In this document: positions 1 to 14,044 of the stretch, one piece after another
Numbering within the stretch: the stretch's first letter is position 1
Layout of the letters: each line of letters begins with the position of its first letter
Assembly: GCA_951406725.2 (NCBI GenBank)
Contig: OX597843.1
Span: 18,352,001-18,416,000 of the forward strand
Direction of reading: 5' to 3'
Length of the DNA stretch: 64,000 nt
Source of the DNA: Octopus vulgaris
Taxonomy: Eukaryota
Notes under the pieces: generated by a model
Seen by the model: the letters and a program-made list of their open reading frames with translations, nothing else
Told to the model about the DNA's origin: nothing
Databases searched by the model: none
Position numbers and translations under genes: made by a program

Positions 1-1020
1 CTGAAAAGGAAGACAGAGTTTCTAAGCAACATTTTGATAGTAAGGTCGGGCTTATATTTCGGAGAGATCTATGAAAATTAACATCCACATCATCTGATGT
101 CATACAATAATTATTGTAGATGTAGGTTTCAGGACTAATGAATGCCTATTACTGGAAAATTTGCGCTATCAGCCCTGTCGTAAGCATTTGAGACAATGAT
201 ATTCCATTGTCTCACACCCTACCGTCTTAACCACGGAAAGAACACAACACACATTGCGATGTAAGGAAATCGACGGGATGATCATGACCGAAACGCCTAT
301 GATCATATTCTTGTCATCAGTGAACAACAAGCATTCTTTACAAACAACTGAAATATATTCTGGGAAACGAGGAAAATTCGTCGGGTTTGCATTTTAGTAA
401 CTCGAGAGGTGAGGTCGTATCTTTGAGCAGATATGGCCATCCCAATCATCGATAAAAACAATGGCGTTTGTTTTAGAAAAGTGTCAAGTAGATAAGAATG
501 GGTGTTGACAGGAAATATGAAAAATAAAATTTTGGTAATACAATAGAAGTCGATGACACATTTCAACACTTGACGTGTAGGGATGGTGAGTAGCTGGAAA
601 ATAGTTTTATTTTCCGGATATTAAAAATTTCAGCCAATCGCATACGTCAAGGGAAAATACTGCCACTCTCGTTTAAAAAAGAAAGGAGAATTATTACAAC
701 AGGGTATTTCATTCAGTATGCTTATCGGATAGCACCTGGAACGTGGGACAAAAATAGAATATTTAGATAAGGGGATAAAATTTATTTAATTTCTGTTAAA
801 AATCCAAACTGAAGTAATATTTGGAGCCGGCGTTATAAAGGTAAATAATTTTCTTACTTTTCTTTTAAGATTTTACATTTATATATACACACACATATAT
901 ATGATTTATTTTTTCCCTCTCTCTCTATCTTTCTATAAATATGAGACTTAATAAAATAACGTTGTTCCTGACGATCATTTTTCGGTGAGCATTTGGTTCC
1001 AAGCAACAATAACACCCCCC
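1..1020. repeat. Local segmental duplication unit, copy 1 (starts before window)
   Basis: Collinear similarity to 4230-5700 and 9140-10270, e.g. ctatgaaaattaacatccacatca and gtaagcatttgagacaatgatattccattgtctcac. Confidence 0.85.
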
Positions 1021-1079
1021 CTTAACATAGCGGATCGGCAAAAGTGACCAATAAAAACACACATACAAACATATAGACA

Positions 1080-1185
<106 letters not shown>

Positions 1186-2071
1186 TACGACGGATATTAA
1201 AGTTCAGCGAATCACATACATCGACAGAAAATACTGACACTGCCGTTAAAAAAACACATAACGGGTTATAACAAATGTTTACTTCGGTCAGTATTCTTAT
1301 CCTATACAAGCCGCAAAATGAGACAATAAACTTTCATGAGGTAATAGAATATTCAGATAAGTGGATAAACCTTTTCTAATTTGTGTAAAAAATTAAAACT
1401 GAAGTCATATTTGCAGCTGGCATTATCGGGGTAAATCAATTTTTGCTACTTTCCTGTTAAGATTTAAAATTGATATTTATACACACACTTATCTACATTG
1501 GCGAAATTAAATTTAAGACTTATAATAATAGTCCTATTTCTTACAAAATATTTTGTTACTAACACCATACAAATTATTTCTATCTATTACACCTATGCAG
1601 AATTTATTTCTCTTTAGAATGATGCAGACAATAACTATTTTATACAACTTGAAGAATGCATGAAAGTACTAGTTCAATCAGAGTGGATATTTGATATTCT
1701 ATCGCTTCATTATGTTATCTTATCTTATATCATATATTATTATAAGATTGTAAATAAATCATAAAAATCAAAGTTGGAATTTCTTTCAGTAATATACTCT
1801 TCTATACACAATCATACACACCTGTGTATATGTGCATATATATATATAAATGGTAAAAGAAACGCAATAGTGGACAATAAATGATTCGGACAGATAGACA
1901 ATAGAAAGCGGACAGGAGAAACAACGATTAGAAGGACAGGCAAAAATAGACGGCTCATTCGTGGCTTTCTTTCCTCAGTCAAGTCCCACAAGACACGACC
2001 AACTCGGGCAGTTACACTTGAGACGGTTCGATCTGTTTGCCCCAATAAATGTCTCTCTCTCTCTCTCCACG

Positions 2072-2143
<72 letters not shown>

Positions 2144-2569
2144 GTGTATGTGCGTGTGTTCAATCGCCTTTTTTCTCCTCTCCCCAATGAGGGGTTCAAC
2201 ACCCGCCACCGACCTGCGCTACCCACCCCGTCTACTTCAGCTTGTCCGAATTTTTCATGCAACCATCAACTTACATTTGTGAAAACGAGACATTTGCGTC
2301 GTTGAAAGTAAGCTTCACAAGTATCACAGCACTTGTAGACAATTACTAAAACAAGGAGCCACACCAAGTGGGAAATTCCGTTTTAACCAGGGATATATGT
2401 ACAATTGTTCCGAGTATAAATTATTTGATAAACAATCCACTTGACAAACAGTAGATAAGTACACTTTTAAAGTAATTTTTAATACGGAATAAGTGGGATA
2501 AGATGAAATAGGTGGAGCAGAGAGACGCTGAGGAGATCATAGTATGTGAGACGAAAGAATTTACATAAA

Positions 2570-2578
2570 CTAATGATG

Positions 2579-2612
<34 letters not shown>

Positions 2613-2615
2613 TAA

Positions 2616-2678
<63 letters not shown>

Positions 2679-2687
2679 TAAATATAC

Positions 2688-2720
<33 letters not shown>

Positions 2721-2723
2721 TAA

Positions 2724-2777
<54 letters not shown>

Positions 2778-2792
2778 TAATAATAAAAATAA

Positions 2793-2837
<45 letters not shown>

Positions 2838-2852
2838 TAATAATAAAAATAA

Positions 2853-2891
<39 letters not shown>

Positions 2892-2970
2892 TAAAAATAA
2901 TAATAATAATAATAATAATAAAAATAAATATAATAATAATAAAAATAATAATAACAACAACAACAATAAT
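2570..2970. repeat. (AAT)n microsatellite with higher-order variants
   Basis: Direct read; source of the poly-I and poly-L ORFs. Confidence 0.95.
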
Positions 2971-2974
2971 AACA

Positions 2975-3192
2975 GTCGTTCCTACTATAGGCACAAGGCC
3001 TGAAATATTTTGCGGGGTGAGTTAGTCGATTACATAGCCCCTAGTACTTAACTGGTATTTAATTTATAGACCTCGAAATGATGAAATACCAAGTTGACCT
3101 CGGGGAATTTGAACTCAGAAACTAATGATGGATGAAATACTACCAAGCATTTTGCCCGGTGTGCTAGCGATTCTGCCAGCTCTCCACCTTAA
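2975..3192 (-). mobile_element. tRNA-derived SINE (family 2)
   Basis: Reverse complement resembles 26247-26455 and 63555-63733 (gagttcaaattc...gaggtcgact core). Confidence 0.65.
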
Positions 3193-3800
3193 TAGTGATA
3201 AATAATAATAATAAATATAAGGCCGTATGCAGTGTGACTGCTCAGTTTAGTTTACCACTAAAACACCGGCTTGAACAAAAAAATGTGGTGGAGAAATTGC
3301 GTATCAAAGGTGATATGAAGTGGTTGATCATTATGAATTATGAATTTTCTGTTTAATTCCGAAATGGAATCGGCAGCTTATATTTGCTGCCGATAAATTA
3401 GGTCAGATATTGCCGAAGCGGTAATGTTGCTGCCTCGTGTATTTTCTCTCCCTCCTGGCTCTCTTTACTGATGAATTTGTTGGCCTATGGAAGATTGACT
3501 TGATTTAATTTAATCAGGCTGATTTACCATTAAAAAACGATGAAACAATGCATTGTCTAATGATGAACGGGGTAAATGTTTTTTTAATTTTCTCCTGGTT
3601 TACGGAATTACTACTATTTGGCGGTTGAAGCCTTGGCTGTTATTTCTAGTGGGTTGAACGGCCTATTATGACCGTTCCTTAATTTGTTGTTGAATTTATT
3701 AATAGTCTCTGACTATTTCCTTTTTCTCACTAGACCGCTGGTGGCAAAATAATTTCTGCTGAATTTTTTGCTACCCTATATTGATTAATTATGAATTTTC

Positions 3801-3870
<70 letters not shown>

Positions 3871-3900
3871 TGTATATATATTTATATATATATATATATA

Positions 3901-6030
3901 CACAATCGTACTCACACAATCTAAACTGTTGTGTGTATATGGAATAATAATAAATTGGTATGCAGATGCTCACGTGAACAACTTAGGGACTTAGTACCGT
4001 CTTTACCCTCTAGTACCTGCATCCGTTGTGTGAGTTCTACGGCACGTTACACAGGGTTAAATGGACGCCCCAAAACATTAGAGAGAGTGTGGTAATTGAG
4101 ATAACCCATGTACATGAAAGTTACAATATGCTAAACACACATTGAGCGTAAAGCACGTAAAATATCACTTTTATTCTTCTGCTAGCAACAGAATAATTCA
4201 GTCCTAGATGTCATTTAATAAACTGATGCTTCATCTTGATAGTAAGTTGGAGCTTATATTCCGGAGAGATCTATGAAAATTAACATCCACATCACGTGAT
4301 ATATTACTATAATGATTGTTGATGTAGGTTTCAGGACTAATGAATGTCCATTACTTGAACATTTGCACTATCAGCCCTATCGTAAGCATTTGAGACAATG
4401 ATATTCCATTGTCTCACACCCTTCCGTCTTTACCACGGAAAGAACACAACACACATTGCGATGTAAATCGACGGGATGATCATGATCGAAACGCCTCTGA
4501 TCATAGTCTTGTCATCAGTGAACAACAAGCATACTTTTCAACCAACTGAAATATATTCTGCGAAACGAGGAAAATTCGTCGGGTTTGCATTTTAGTAACT
4601 AGTGAGATGAATTCGTATCTTTGAGCAGATATCGCCATCCCAATAATCGATTTAAAAAAATGGTGTTTGTTATAGAAAAGCGTCAAGTAGATAAAAATAT
4701 TCTCTGGGTGTTGTCAGGACATATGAAAAATAAAGTTTTGGTAATATAATAGAAGTCGCGGACACAGGAAGTCGTGATTAAGGTCGTGATTTCAGATCCT
4801 GGGATGAGTGGTTTATTGTGCGCAGAACACTTCATCTCACGTTGCATTGCGACCATTTCAACACTTGACTTGTAGGAATGGTGACTAGCTGGAAAATGGA
4901 TTTAATTTCCGGATATTAAAGAATAAGTACATCAATGGGAAAATACTGCCACTCTCGTTTTAAAAATAATTAGAGAATTATTACAAGTATTCATTCAGTA
5001 TGCTTATCGGATAGCAGCTGGAGCGCGTGACAAAAAACTTATATGAGGCAATAGAATATTCAGGTAAGTGGATAAAACTTATTTAATTTCCGTCAAAAAT
5101 TCAAACTGAAGTCATATTTGGATCCGGCGTTATGGAGGTAAATCAATGTTTGTTACTTTTCTTTTAAGATTTATCATTGATATATATATACACACATTTA
5201 TATATGATTTATTTTTCCATCTCTCTTTATCTTTCTATAACTCTTTTACTCTTTTACTTCTTACAGTCATTTGGCTGCGGCCATGCTGGAGCACCGCCTT
5301 TAGTCGAGCAAATCGACCCCGGGACTTATTTTTTGTAAGCCCAGTCTTTATTCTATCGGTCTCTTTTGCCGAACCGCTAAGTAACGGGGACATAAACACA
5401 CCAGTGTCGGTTGTCAAGCAATGCTAGGGGGACAAGCACAGACACACATGCATATATATATATATACATATATACGACAGGCTTCTTTCGGTTTCCGTCT
5501 ACCACATCCACACACAAGGCCTTGGTCGGCCCGAGGCTATAGTAGAAGACACTTGACCAAGTTGCCACGCAGTGGGACTGAACCCGGAACCATGTAGTTG
5601 GTAAACGAGCTACATACCACACAGCCACTCCTGCGCCTATGCAACTTAATACAATAACGTTGTTCCTGACTATCATTTGTCGGTGAGCTTTTGGTTGCAA
5701 GCAACCATAACGTTGTTAAACGAACGTCAGAATTATTATTTAAATATTTGTTTGTCCTGTTCATCATATATATAGACTTATATATAAACACACATGCATA
5801 GGAGTTGCTATGTGGTAAGAAACATGCTTCGCAAGCAGATAGTTCCAGGTTCAGTTTCACTGCATGGCAATTTGGGAAAGTGTCTTCTACTATAGCCTCG
5901 GGCCGACCAAAGCCTTACGAGTGAATTTGGTAGACGGAAACCGAAAGAAGTTCGTTATATATATGTGTATATGTATATATATATATATGTATTGATGTAT
6001 ATGTGTGTGTGTAAGTTTGTCTGTTTGTGT
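3901..6030. repeat. Local segmental duplication unit, copy 2 (with SINE insertions)
   Basis: Begins acaatcgtactcacacaatctaaactg after (AT)n, as at 8811; collinear with copies 1 and 3. Confidence 0.85.
5228..5640 (-). mobile_element. tRNA-derived SINE (family 1, octopus-like)
   Basis: Head (minus) aggcgcaggagtggctgtgtgg...ggttccgggttcagtccc with Pol III A/B-box-like motifs, internal (TA/TG)n, tail gctccagcatggccgcag; many copies in the window. Confidence 0.8.
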
Positions 6031-6262
6031 ATTTGTGTTACTGTCTTTGCGAATATGTTTGTTACCCATTCATATCTTGACAGCAGCTTTTTTAGGCCCC
6101 CTCCTTAACATTGCGGTTCGGCAAAAGCGGCCAATAAAATAATTACTTCGCTTACAAAGAATAAGTTCTAACGTCAATTTATTGTGCTTAAAGGCTTTTG
6201 ATATGGTGCTCCAGCATGGCCGTAGGCAAATGACTTCAACAAGTAAAAGAATTAAAGAAAAA
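5796..6262 (+). mobile_element. tRNA-derived SINE (family 1, older copy)
   Basis: gtgtcttctactatagcctcgggccgaccaaagcc...tttggtagacggaaa core and same tail. Confidence 0.75.
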
Positions 6263-6345
6263 GAATACGCATTTATATATGTGTGTGCGTATGTGTGTGT
6301 GTATATATCTAAAAGCGTATGAATATGTATATATGTATTTATGTA

Positions 6346-6389
<44 letters not shown>

Positions 6390-6999
6390 TATATATATAT
6401 ATATATATGCATATATATATATATACATACAAACGTACATACATACACACACTCACATGCACGCACACTCATACACACACATATTTGTGCGTGTTTGTGT
6501 ATGTATATATATCCTCATGGATCTTTATATAACCATACATTATTACATATGACACCGCGTAGCAATTCTTTGTCCTAAAATCCTAGATTGCCGCTCATAT
6601 AATGTTGTCTCTGGCTTAGGTAGAATGCCAGTAGTTGTGTTTTGTGGGGGGAGTGGCCAGTCGATTAATTGGACTTCAGCACCTCTAAGAAATGAAAGGC
6701 AAAGGGGAGTTCGACAGGAAAGGAACTCAGAATGCGAATAGATAAATCAATTGTTGTTACTTTTCTTTTAAGATTTAACATTTATATATACGCACACACA
6801 TATATAGGATTTATTTTACCATCTCTCTCATCTTTCTATAACTATGCAACTTAATAGAATAACGTTGCTCCTGGCGGTCATTTGTCGGTGAGCATTTGGT
6901 TCCAAGCAACCATAACCTTGTTACACGCACGTAAGAAGTCTTATTTAAACAATTGTTTGCCTGTTGATCCTGTTTATAGACTTCTACATAAACACACAT

Positions 7000-7455
7000 G
7001 CATAGGCGTGTCTATGTGGTAAGAAACTTGCTCCGCAAGCACATAGATCCAGGTTTAGTTTCACTGCATGGCAACCTGGGAAAGTGTCTTCTACTATAGA
7101 CTCGGGCCGAGCAAAGACTTGTGAGTGGGTATTGTAGACGGACCCGAAGGAAGTCCGTTTTATATATATATATATACATAGGTGTGTGTGTGTGCGTGTG
7201 TGTGTGTGTGTGACTGTGTTTGTGTGTGTGTCTATGTGACTATGTTAGCTACCCGTTCACAGCTTGAGATCAGGTCTTTTACACCCACCTTAACATAGCT
7301 GTTCGGCAAAAGCGATCAGTAAAATGAGTATCAGGCTTACAAAAAATAAGCCCAGTGATAAATGTCTTCGGCTCTTCGGCTTAAAGATTTTCAGGTGGCA
7401 CTCCAGCAAGGCCGCAGTCAAATGACTTAAACAAGTGAAAGAATTAAAGAAAAGA
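7000..7455 (+). mobile_element. tRNA-derived SINE (family 1, older copy)
   Basis: Same core and tail as 5796-6262. Confidence 0.7.
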
Positions 7456-7622
7456 ATACACTTTTTATATGTGTGTGTAGATCTCTGAATGCGTATGAAT
7501 ATACATACACATATGTGTGTGTGCATGTGTGTGTGTATGTGCGTGTGTCTGTGTGTGTGTGTTGAACCCCGTACACTTGTGTTTGTACACACACTTGCAC
7601 ATAGACGCCTACATATACATAG

Positions 7623-8729
7623 TGTTACGGGTTTAACTAGCGCAGTATTGCTGACCCACATCGTGGGTGTGGCGCCGGCATGTCTGGTAAAGGAACTGAC
7701 AGGTTCTTTGTTTAGTGGGAGACTGATGAGTTTTGGAAGGACCTGTGACCTCGTGCGGTTGAGAAAAGGGTCAGTGAGAATGTGAAAGAGGAAGACAGAT
7801 TAAGGGAATCTAAGAGCAGATGGAGAGGGTATTGACAGTAAGAGAGAAGGACAGGCAGAGAGTATGGTAGAGCTGTCATGAGAGAGATAGAGTATAAGAC
7901 TAAGGGACAGTTAGAGAGGGTATGAGCGGTACAGAGGGAGATGAGGGAGTGGAAGAAGCACAGAGACGAAGTGAGGTCTTGGCAGTCGTTGAGCGGTCGT
8001 CGAAGAACACAGATGGATCTTGCGGTCGCTGGCCGGTCCTCGAAGAAGACAGTCGGATTCTGGAGGTCAGAGCGAGTAGATGGAATCTTAGAAGCGTTGG
8101 AATTTTAGGAGCAAGTTGGATGCGAGAAAGCTTGGCGGCACAGAAGGGATATGTACAGAGGATTTAGCAGTATTGAGAGGAATGGGAGACACTGGCAGAT
8201 TCAATTAGGAATTGAGGTATGTGTTTGTGCATTGATATGTGTCACGGTGTATTGAACAGTGGAAAGAACAGTCAAGGACTTGTCGATATGTCGATTATCG
8301 AGTTGTGGTATTTATGTTCAGAATTGAGTAAAGGACTTGTTGATGTGACTTTATCTGTGATGTTTAGAAAGAGACTTTAAAGAACTGTTGTCTTCGGACG
8401 TGAACTTTGAATTGTACTCTTGAATTGCTGTTGTATTATGCTTTGATCTGTTGTATGATGTATTGAGTAGTCACGTGCATGTCTTCCTTTAAATGTCTGC
8501 CTTAAAAGTATTTGATGTGTAGCAATTGATTGTCATATAAACTGTTGTTGAATATAAGCCAGTGTCTCTGTTGCCTCTGTGCCTCTTTTGGGTGTCTCTC
8601 TGGGTTGTGCCTCTGTATCTCTGTGCTGCTGCGGTTGTGGCTGTTGTTGTATCTCTCCTCTCCTCCTCTCTTTGGGTTCCGTGGCGAGATTGTGCCGTTC
8701 GGGCGAGCGACGACGGGTGATTCCGTAAC

Positions 8730-8730
<1 letters not shown>
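7623..8730 (+). mobile_element. Solo LTR (Gypsy-like)
   Basis: Termini TGTTACGG...CCGTAACA (8-bp inverted repeat). 3' end resembles the LTRs at 44170 and 49360. Flanks atag/atat (imperfect 4-bp TSD). Confidence 0.75.
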
Positions 8731-8766
<36 letters not shown>

Positions 8767-8810
8767 ATACATAAATCTATATATATTTCTATATGTATAT
8801 ATATATATAT

Positions 8811-10460
8811 ACAATCGTACTCACACAATCTAAACTGTTGTGTGTATATGGAATAATAATAAATTGGTATGCAGATGCTCACGTGAACAACTTAGGGAAT
8901 TAGTACCGTCTTTACCCTCTAGTACCTGCATCTGCTGTGTGAGTCCTACGGCAGATTACACAGGGTGAACTGGATGCCCCTAAATATTCGAGGGTATGTT
9001 GCACTTGAGATAACCCATATACATGAAAGTTACAATATGTTAAACCTACATGGAGAGTAAACCACGTAGAGAATCTTATTCTCGTTCCTCATCTAGTAGC
9101 AGAATAATTCAGTCCTAGATGTCATTAAAGAAATTAATGCTTCATCTTTATCGTAAGGTCGGACTTCTATTTCGGAGAGTTCTATGAAAATTAACATCCA
9201 CATCATGTGATGGGTTTCAATAATTATTGTAGGTGTAGGTGTCAGGACTAATGAATGTCCATTACTTGAAAATTTGCACTATCAGCCCTATCGTAAGCAT
9301 TTGAGACAATGATATTCCATTGTCTCACTCCCTACCGACTTAACCACGGAAAGAACACAACACACATTGCAATATAAGTAAATCGACGGGATGATCATGG
9401 CCGAAACGCCTCTGATCATAGTCTTGTCATCACTGAACAACAAGCATACTTTACAACCAAGTGAAATATATTCTGGGAAAGGAGGGAAATTCGTCGGGTT
9501 TGAATTTTAGTAACTAGAGAGATGAGGTCGTGTCTTTGAGCAGATATCGTCATCCCAATAATCGATAAAAACAATGGCGTTTGTTTTAGAAAAGCGTCAA
9601 GTAGATAAGAATATTCTCTGGGTGTTGCCAAGACATATGAAAAATAAAGTTTTGGTAATATAATAGAAGTCGATGATACATGAAATCGTGATGAGGGATG
9701 CTACTCAGGATAACAAGGTCGTGATTTCAAATCCTGCAACGAGAGGAGTATTGTGCGCAGAACACTTCATCTCATGTTACACAGCGACCATTTCAACACT
9801 TGACTTGTAGGAATGGTGAATAGCTGGAAAATGGATTTATTTTCCGGATATTAAAGAATTTCAGCCAATCACGTACATCAAGGGAAAATACTGCCACTCT
9901 CGTTTAAAAATAAAATAGATAATTATTACAACAGGGTATTTTATTCAGTATGCTTATCGGATAACAGCTGGAACGTGAGACAGAAAACTTATATGAGGCA
10001 ATAGAATATTCAGATAAGTGGATAAAACTTATTTAATTTCTGTCAAAAATTCAAACTGAAGTCATATTTGGATCCGGCGTTATAGAGGTAAATCAATGTT
10101 TGTTACTTTTCTTTTAAGATTTAACATTGATATATATATATATACACACATTTATATATGATTTATTTTTCCCTCTCCCTCTATCTTTCTATAACTATGC
10201 AATTTAATACTATAACGGTGTTCCTGACGATCATTTGTTGGTGAGCATTTGGTTCCAAGCAACCATAACCTTGTTACACGCACGTCAGAACTATTATTTA
10301 AATATTTGTTTGTCCTGTTCATCCTATATATAGACTTATACATAAACACACATTCATAGGCGTGGCTATGTGGTAAGAAACTTGCTCCGCAATCAGATAG
10401 ATCCATGTTCAGTTTCCACTGCATGTTATTTGGAAATGGATTTGGTAGACGGAAACCGAA
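8811..10460. repeat. Local segmental duplication unit, copy 3
   Basis: Collinear with copy 2; ends in a truncated SINE head abutting the hAT remnant. Confidence 0.85.
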
Positions 10461-13400
10461 ATTTTATGGGTTCTATTGTTTTTGGGTAATCCTGTATATG
10501 TTGAGCTAAAGGGTGAAGCCGAGCTGAAGCGATTTTCTTCAAAGAAATGAATCTTTCAGGCAACATCTTCCAGCGATTGAAGATGGCAACTGACTTCTCT
10601 AAGCTGCTTCTTTCAAGAGATTTTCGTAATTCCATAATTTTTCCCCCTTAATTCTGAAGTGGTTAATTCAAGTATTTCCACTTCAAAACTATCCTGTATA
10701 TTTGTTGTTGAGCCAAAAAGTGATAGACGAAATGGGTTCGTTCTCAAATCCATCAAAGCCTGGTTTCATGAGAAACGAAAATATAGGAGCGTCTGTTTCG
10801 AAATCTTTATCTCACTTGGAAAATTCTTCTTTCAACGTTGCAATATATTTTTGAAGTTCATTTTTATTTAATATTAAATCGATTCGAATAAGCTTTTACA
10901 TTTGCAAAGTATTTTTAAATATTTCTAAGTGTATCACACAAAAAAAATCTAATTTTAACAAAAACCCTTCCCAGTATTCAAAAAGATCAAGTACTTTTTT
11001 ACCTCTCTCTTCTAAATGCAAATTTTAATAATTCAAGTGACTGTCAGTTAGAAGCATCAGTTTAAATAACCCGTCTTCGTTGTTCAATTCTGGGAACTGT
11101 TTCCTTTCAAGAAATATTTTGACTTCTTCTAAGCATGATAGAAATCTGTTCAAAACTCTACCCCGACAAAGTCGACGGACTGTAAGGACCGTGCGATGCG
11201 AGGTGACAAGAATGGCTCTTTAGTACCACACCACACAGCCCTTACATTAAAGAGAAAATTGATAGTACCATCTATTTGCCTGATGGAAAAAGAGACAACC
11301 GCGTAGAATGATTAAAAGAAGATGTTTTGATATGTTAACAGATGTGTCTGTGTGTGCATCATGTATATTGAACGATAGACAGGCCGTCATGAGAACAGAA
11401 TGTATGCGTGTGGGTTCATTGATGTAGGGGACAGTTACAGGTACATGTTGAACGTGATGTCGTGGCTGTGATGCTGCTGCCTGGTTAACTTGTACAGGAG
11501 TTCATACTGGTTGTATATTTGTTGTTGACCCATGGTGAAGTAATTCACGAACAGCGAAATGTTAGAACCTGGGTGAATCGCTTGCAGAGCTGTGTACGTA
11601 GAGAGATGATGTTGACGACGTTAAGGACATGGTGGTGGCGACGAAGATGGAGGTTGTTGTAATGCTGTTGGACAAAGTTGGTATGTCTCTGGAACTGGCT
11701 GTGTTTCGTGGTCAGTAGCTAGACCTTAAAAGGTCTGGAACCAAAAGACCTCGAAAGGAGAAAAGGCTGAGTTTTTATAAGGAGAAGTAGGCTAAAACGG
11801 GGTAGTGAACAGGCTGTTGCACGTAATCGTATTTAAGGTCTCCAACTGGTTATACGCGGCAATTTGGCGCGACAAACTGCGCCAATACCAACTAATCAGA
11901 GTAATGGACACAACAGGATCGAAATAGCGGCAAAAGGCTGGCTGTTCCCTGCTACGTTCGAATGCACGTATATATAAATATATGAGAGAGAGGAATTTCA
12001 ACCGAGTCTACGCTGCAGGACTTTACTGTGAAGTGGGAAGTCTGCATATTCGCTGTCCAGTTCTTGCAGAAGAGTCAGTGAAGAGCGAGAAACCATGAAG
12101 TTAACTACTTTAACAACAGTTTCCACGACAGAACTCAAGCTTTGTGACGAAAGTTTTGCAACTAAATTTTCCTGATGTCCAATGCAATTAAAACACATTA
12201 CACTGCGGGAAATGTGATTTCAAGACGCTTAATAATTTTTTTTTCCTTTCCAACCATTGCACGTGCACCACCACCAGTAATACAATATATTTTTATTTAT
12301 ATTAATGGCTTGATTTTCGAAATTATTTAGAAATGCAGTCAGAATGTCCTGTCCTGTAGATGTATTGGTAAGAGGAATCAAACAACATGATTCTTCGTAA
12401 ATACGATCATTGTCCCAGTATCTTGCAACAATTGCTAGGTTCGCCATGTCATTCACGTCAGTACTTTCATCGATAGGAGTCACTGAATGCAGCAGCTTTT
12501 TGTAATTCAAATTTTTATTTTAGTATGTTTTCATCGATATCAGTTATACGTCTCTCAACTGATCATGCAGAAGTTGGTATTTCTTGAATTCGAGACGGTA
12601 ATTATTCAGCGTTTGTTTAATTACTGAACAAAATTTTAGCACTTCTCAGAAAAGCATTTTTGATAAATTCTCCGGCTGTAAAAGGTTTACCTTTCTCAGC
12701 TATACATTGAGCAATTGTGTAACTACATTATTTGGCTTCATTGTTGGTTTGTAACTAGAAATAGCCCTTTTTATGATTTGCCTTTTATCATCAGCGTTTT
12801 TAAATATAGTCTGGTGTCTAGTTTGATAGTGTCTTTGTACACTTGATGTACGACATACGACAAATGCACAGCAGAACGCACACACAACTCGATGATTTTG
12901 TTATACAAATCCATATTCAGTGCTCCAGAAATCTTGAAATGAACGAACGTCAAATTTTGGTCCTTTGATATTCAATTTGGGGTACTCTATATTGATAATT
13001 GATATGACAGTTGTATAAACCCTTAAATCAGGTTCTACAAATAAAAATAAAAGTAACTAAATAAAGATAATTAGAATAAAATAAATAGTAAAAAAGAATG
13101 AAATTAATTTAATGAATTAATTTTTGTAATAATAAAATAATTAGATTAAAATAGATGATATGAATAAACAAAAATATACTAAAAAGATCAGACAACTTGA
13201 CTCACGAAGAAAATAACTATAACCTAAGAAAACCTAAGAAAATAACTATAATTGTTGACTTTTCATGTTTATTTCCTTTTCAAAATCCTACTCGTTACCG
13301 CTTTTTCTTCCCAAAATGTGAGAATAATTTTAAAAGCGTCTACTTATAGACGACCCGCAATGTAGGAACCCATTTTAAAGAGTGTCTTTATTTAGACTGG

Positions 13401-13805
13401 CTGCTGTAAAGTGGTTAACTGCTAAATATACAGCCGAGTTCGAAACAATAAGCGTTCGCACCTCTAGCTCCCGGCTTCAGTAATAAAGTACATATAAATG
13501 CTTTCAGCTCCAGCTTACAAACAAATTAATTGTACTAACATTCATAATTTCGTATTAAAATTGTATTCAGTAGTACTATATTTTAAAGGAAATGTAATAC
13601 TACCAAATACAGCTAACTTCAGATAGTTTACGCTAGAATAGATGGATCGTAAAAAAGATATGTAATTTAATTATTATGATGTCGCTTCCTCAGATTTAGT
13701 TATAAATAAAAATTTACTTTTAGTTTTTGCCGAGTGGTGTGCATGCCATTGTGAATTGTTCCGCGTGCTACACATGACACGCGTGCCATAAGTTACAGAC
13801 ACCTG
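10461..13805 (-). mobile_element. Decayed hAT DNA transposon (Buster/Charlie/GTF2IRD2-like), 3'-truncated
   Basis: Minus-strand fragments: CAFC...SVQRHYQTRH (BED-like finger), IDESTDVNDMANLAIVARY, HSKVRRLCRGRVLNRF (VRWLSRG motif rejoined across the LTR). TIR caggtgtctgtaac at 13805 beside ctctagac (NTCTAGAN target). Confidence 0.85.
11181..12017. mobile_element. Solo LTR nested in the hAT transposase
   Basis: TGTAAG...GCTGCA termini, perfect 4-bp TSD GGAC (11177-80 / 12018-21); removal restores the transposase motif. Confidence 0.85.
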
Positions 13806-14044
13806 CTCTAGACACTCCAAGGAAAACCTTCAGACGTCTGAAGATGTTCAGCTATCCTGAACGTGTCGAGGCATAAACAACCACCAGACTGAGGGCACCT
13901 CCGTTACTACTGTTCACGACGTCCAGGACCACCAACTTACCTTCTGGGTCCAGGAAGATAATCTTTGTGTTGAGATCCAGGCGTCTCTGGGACAACACTG
14001 CCATTCCACCCCCGCCTCCCATTCCCGTTTGACATGGAAATAAA

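Noticed and set aside
2421-3025. Poly-I/poly-L ORFs, and poly-YI/CV ORFs elsewhere
   Set aside because: Microsatellite artefacts.
9300-9600. Minus-strand CLLFSDDKTM resembling an RT FADD motif in the segmental unit
   Set aside because: No other RT motifs at expected spacing and the frame has stops.
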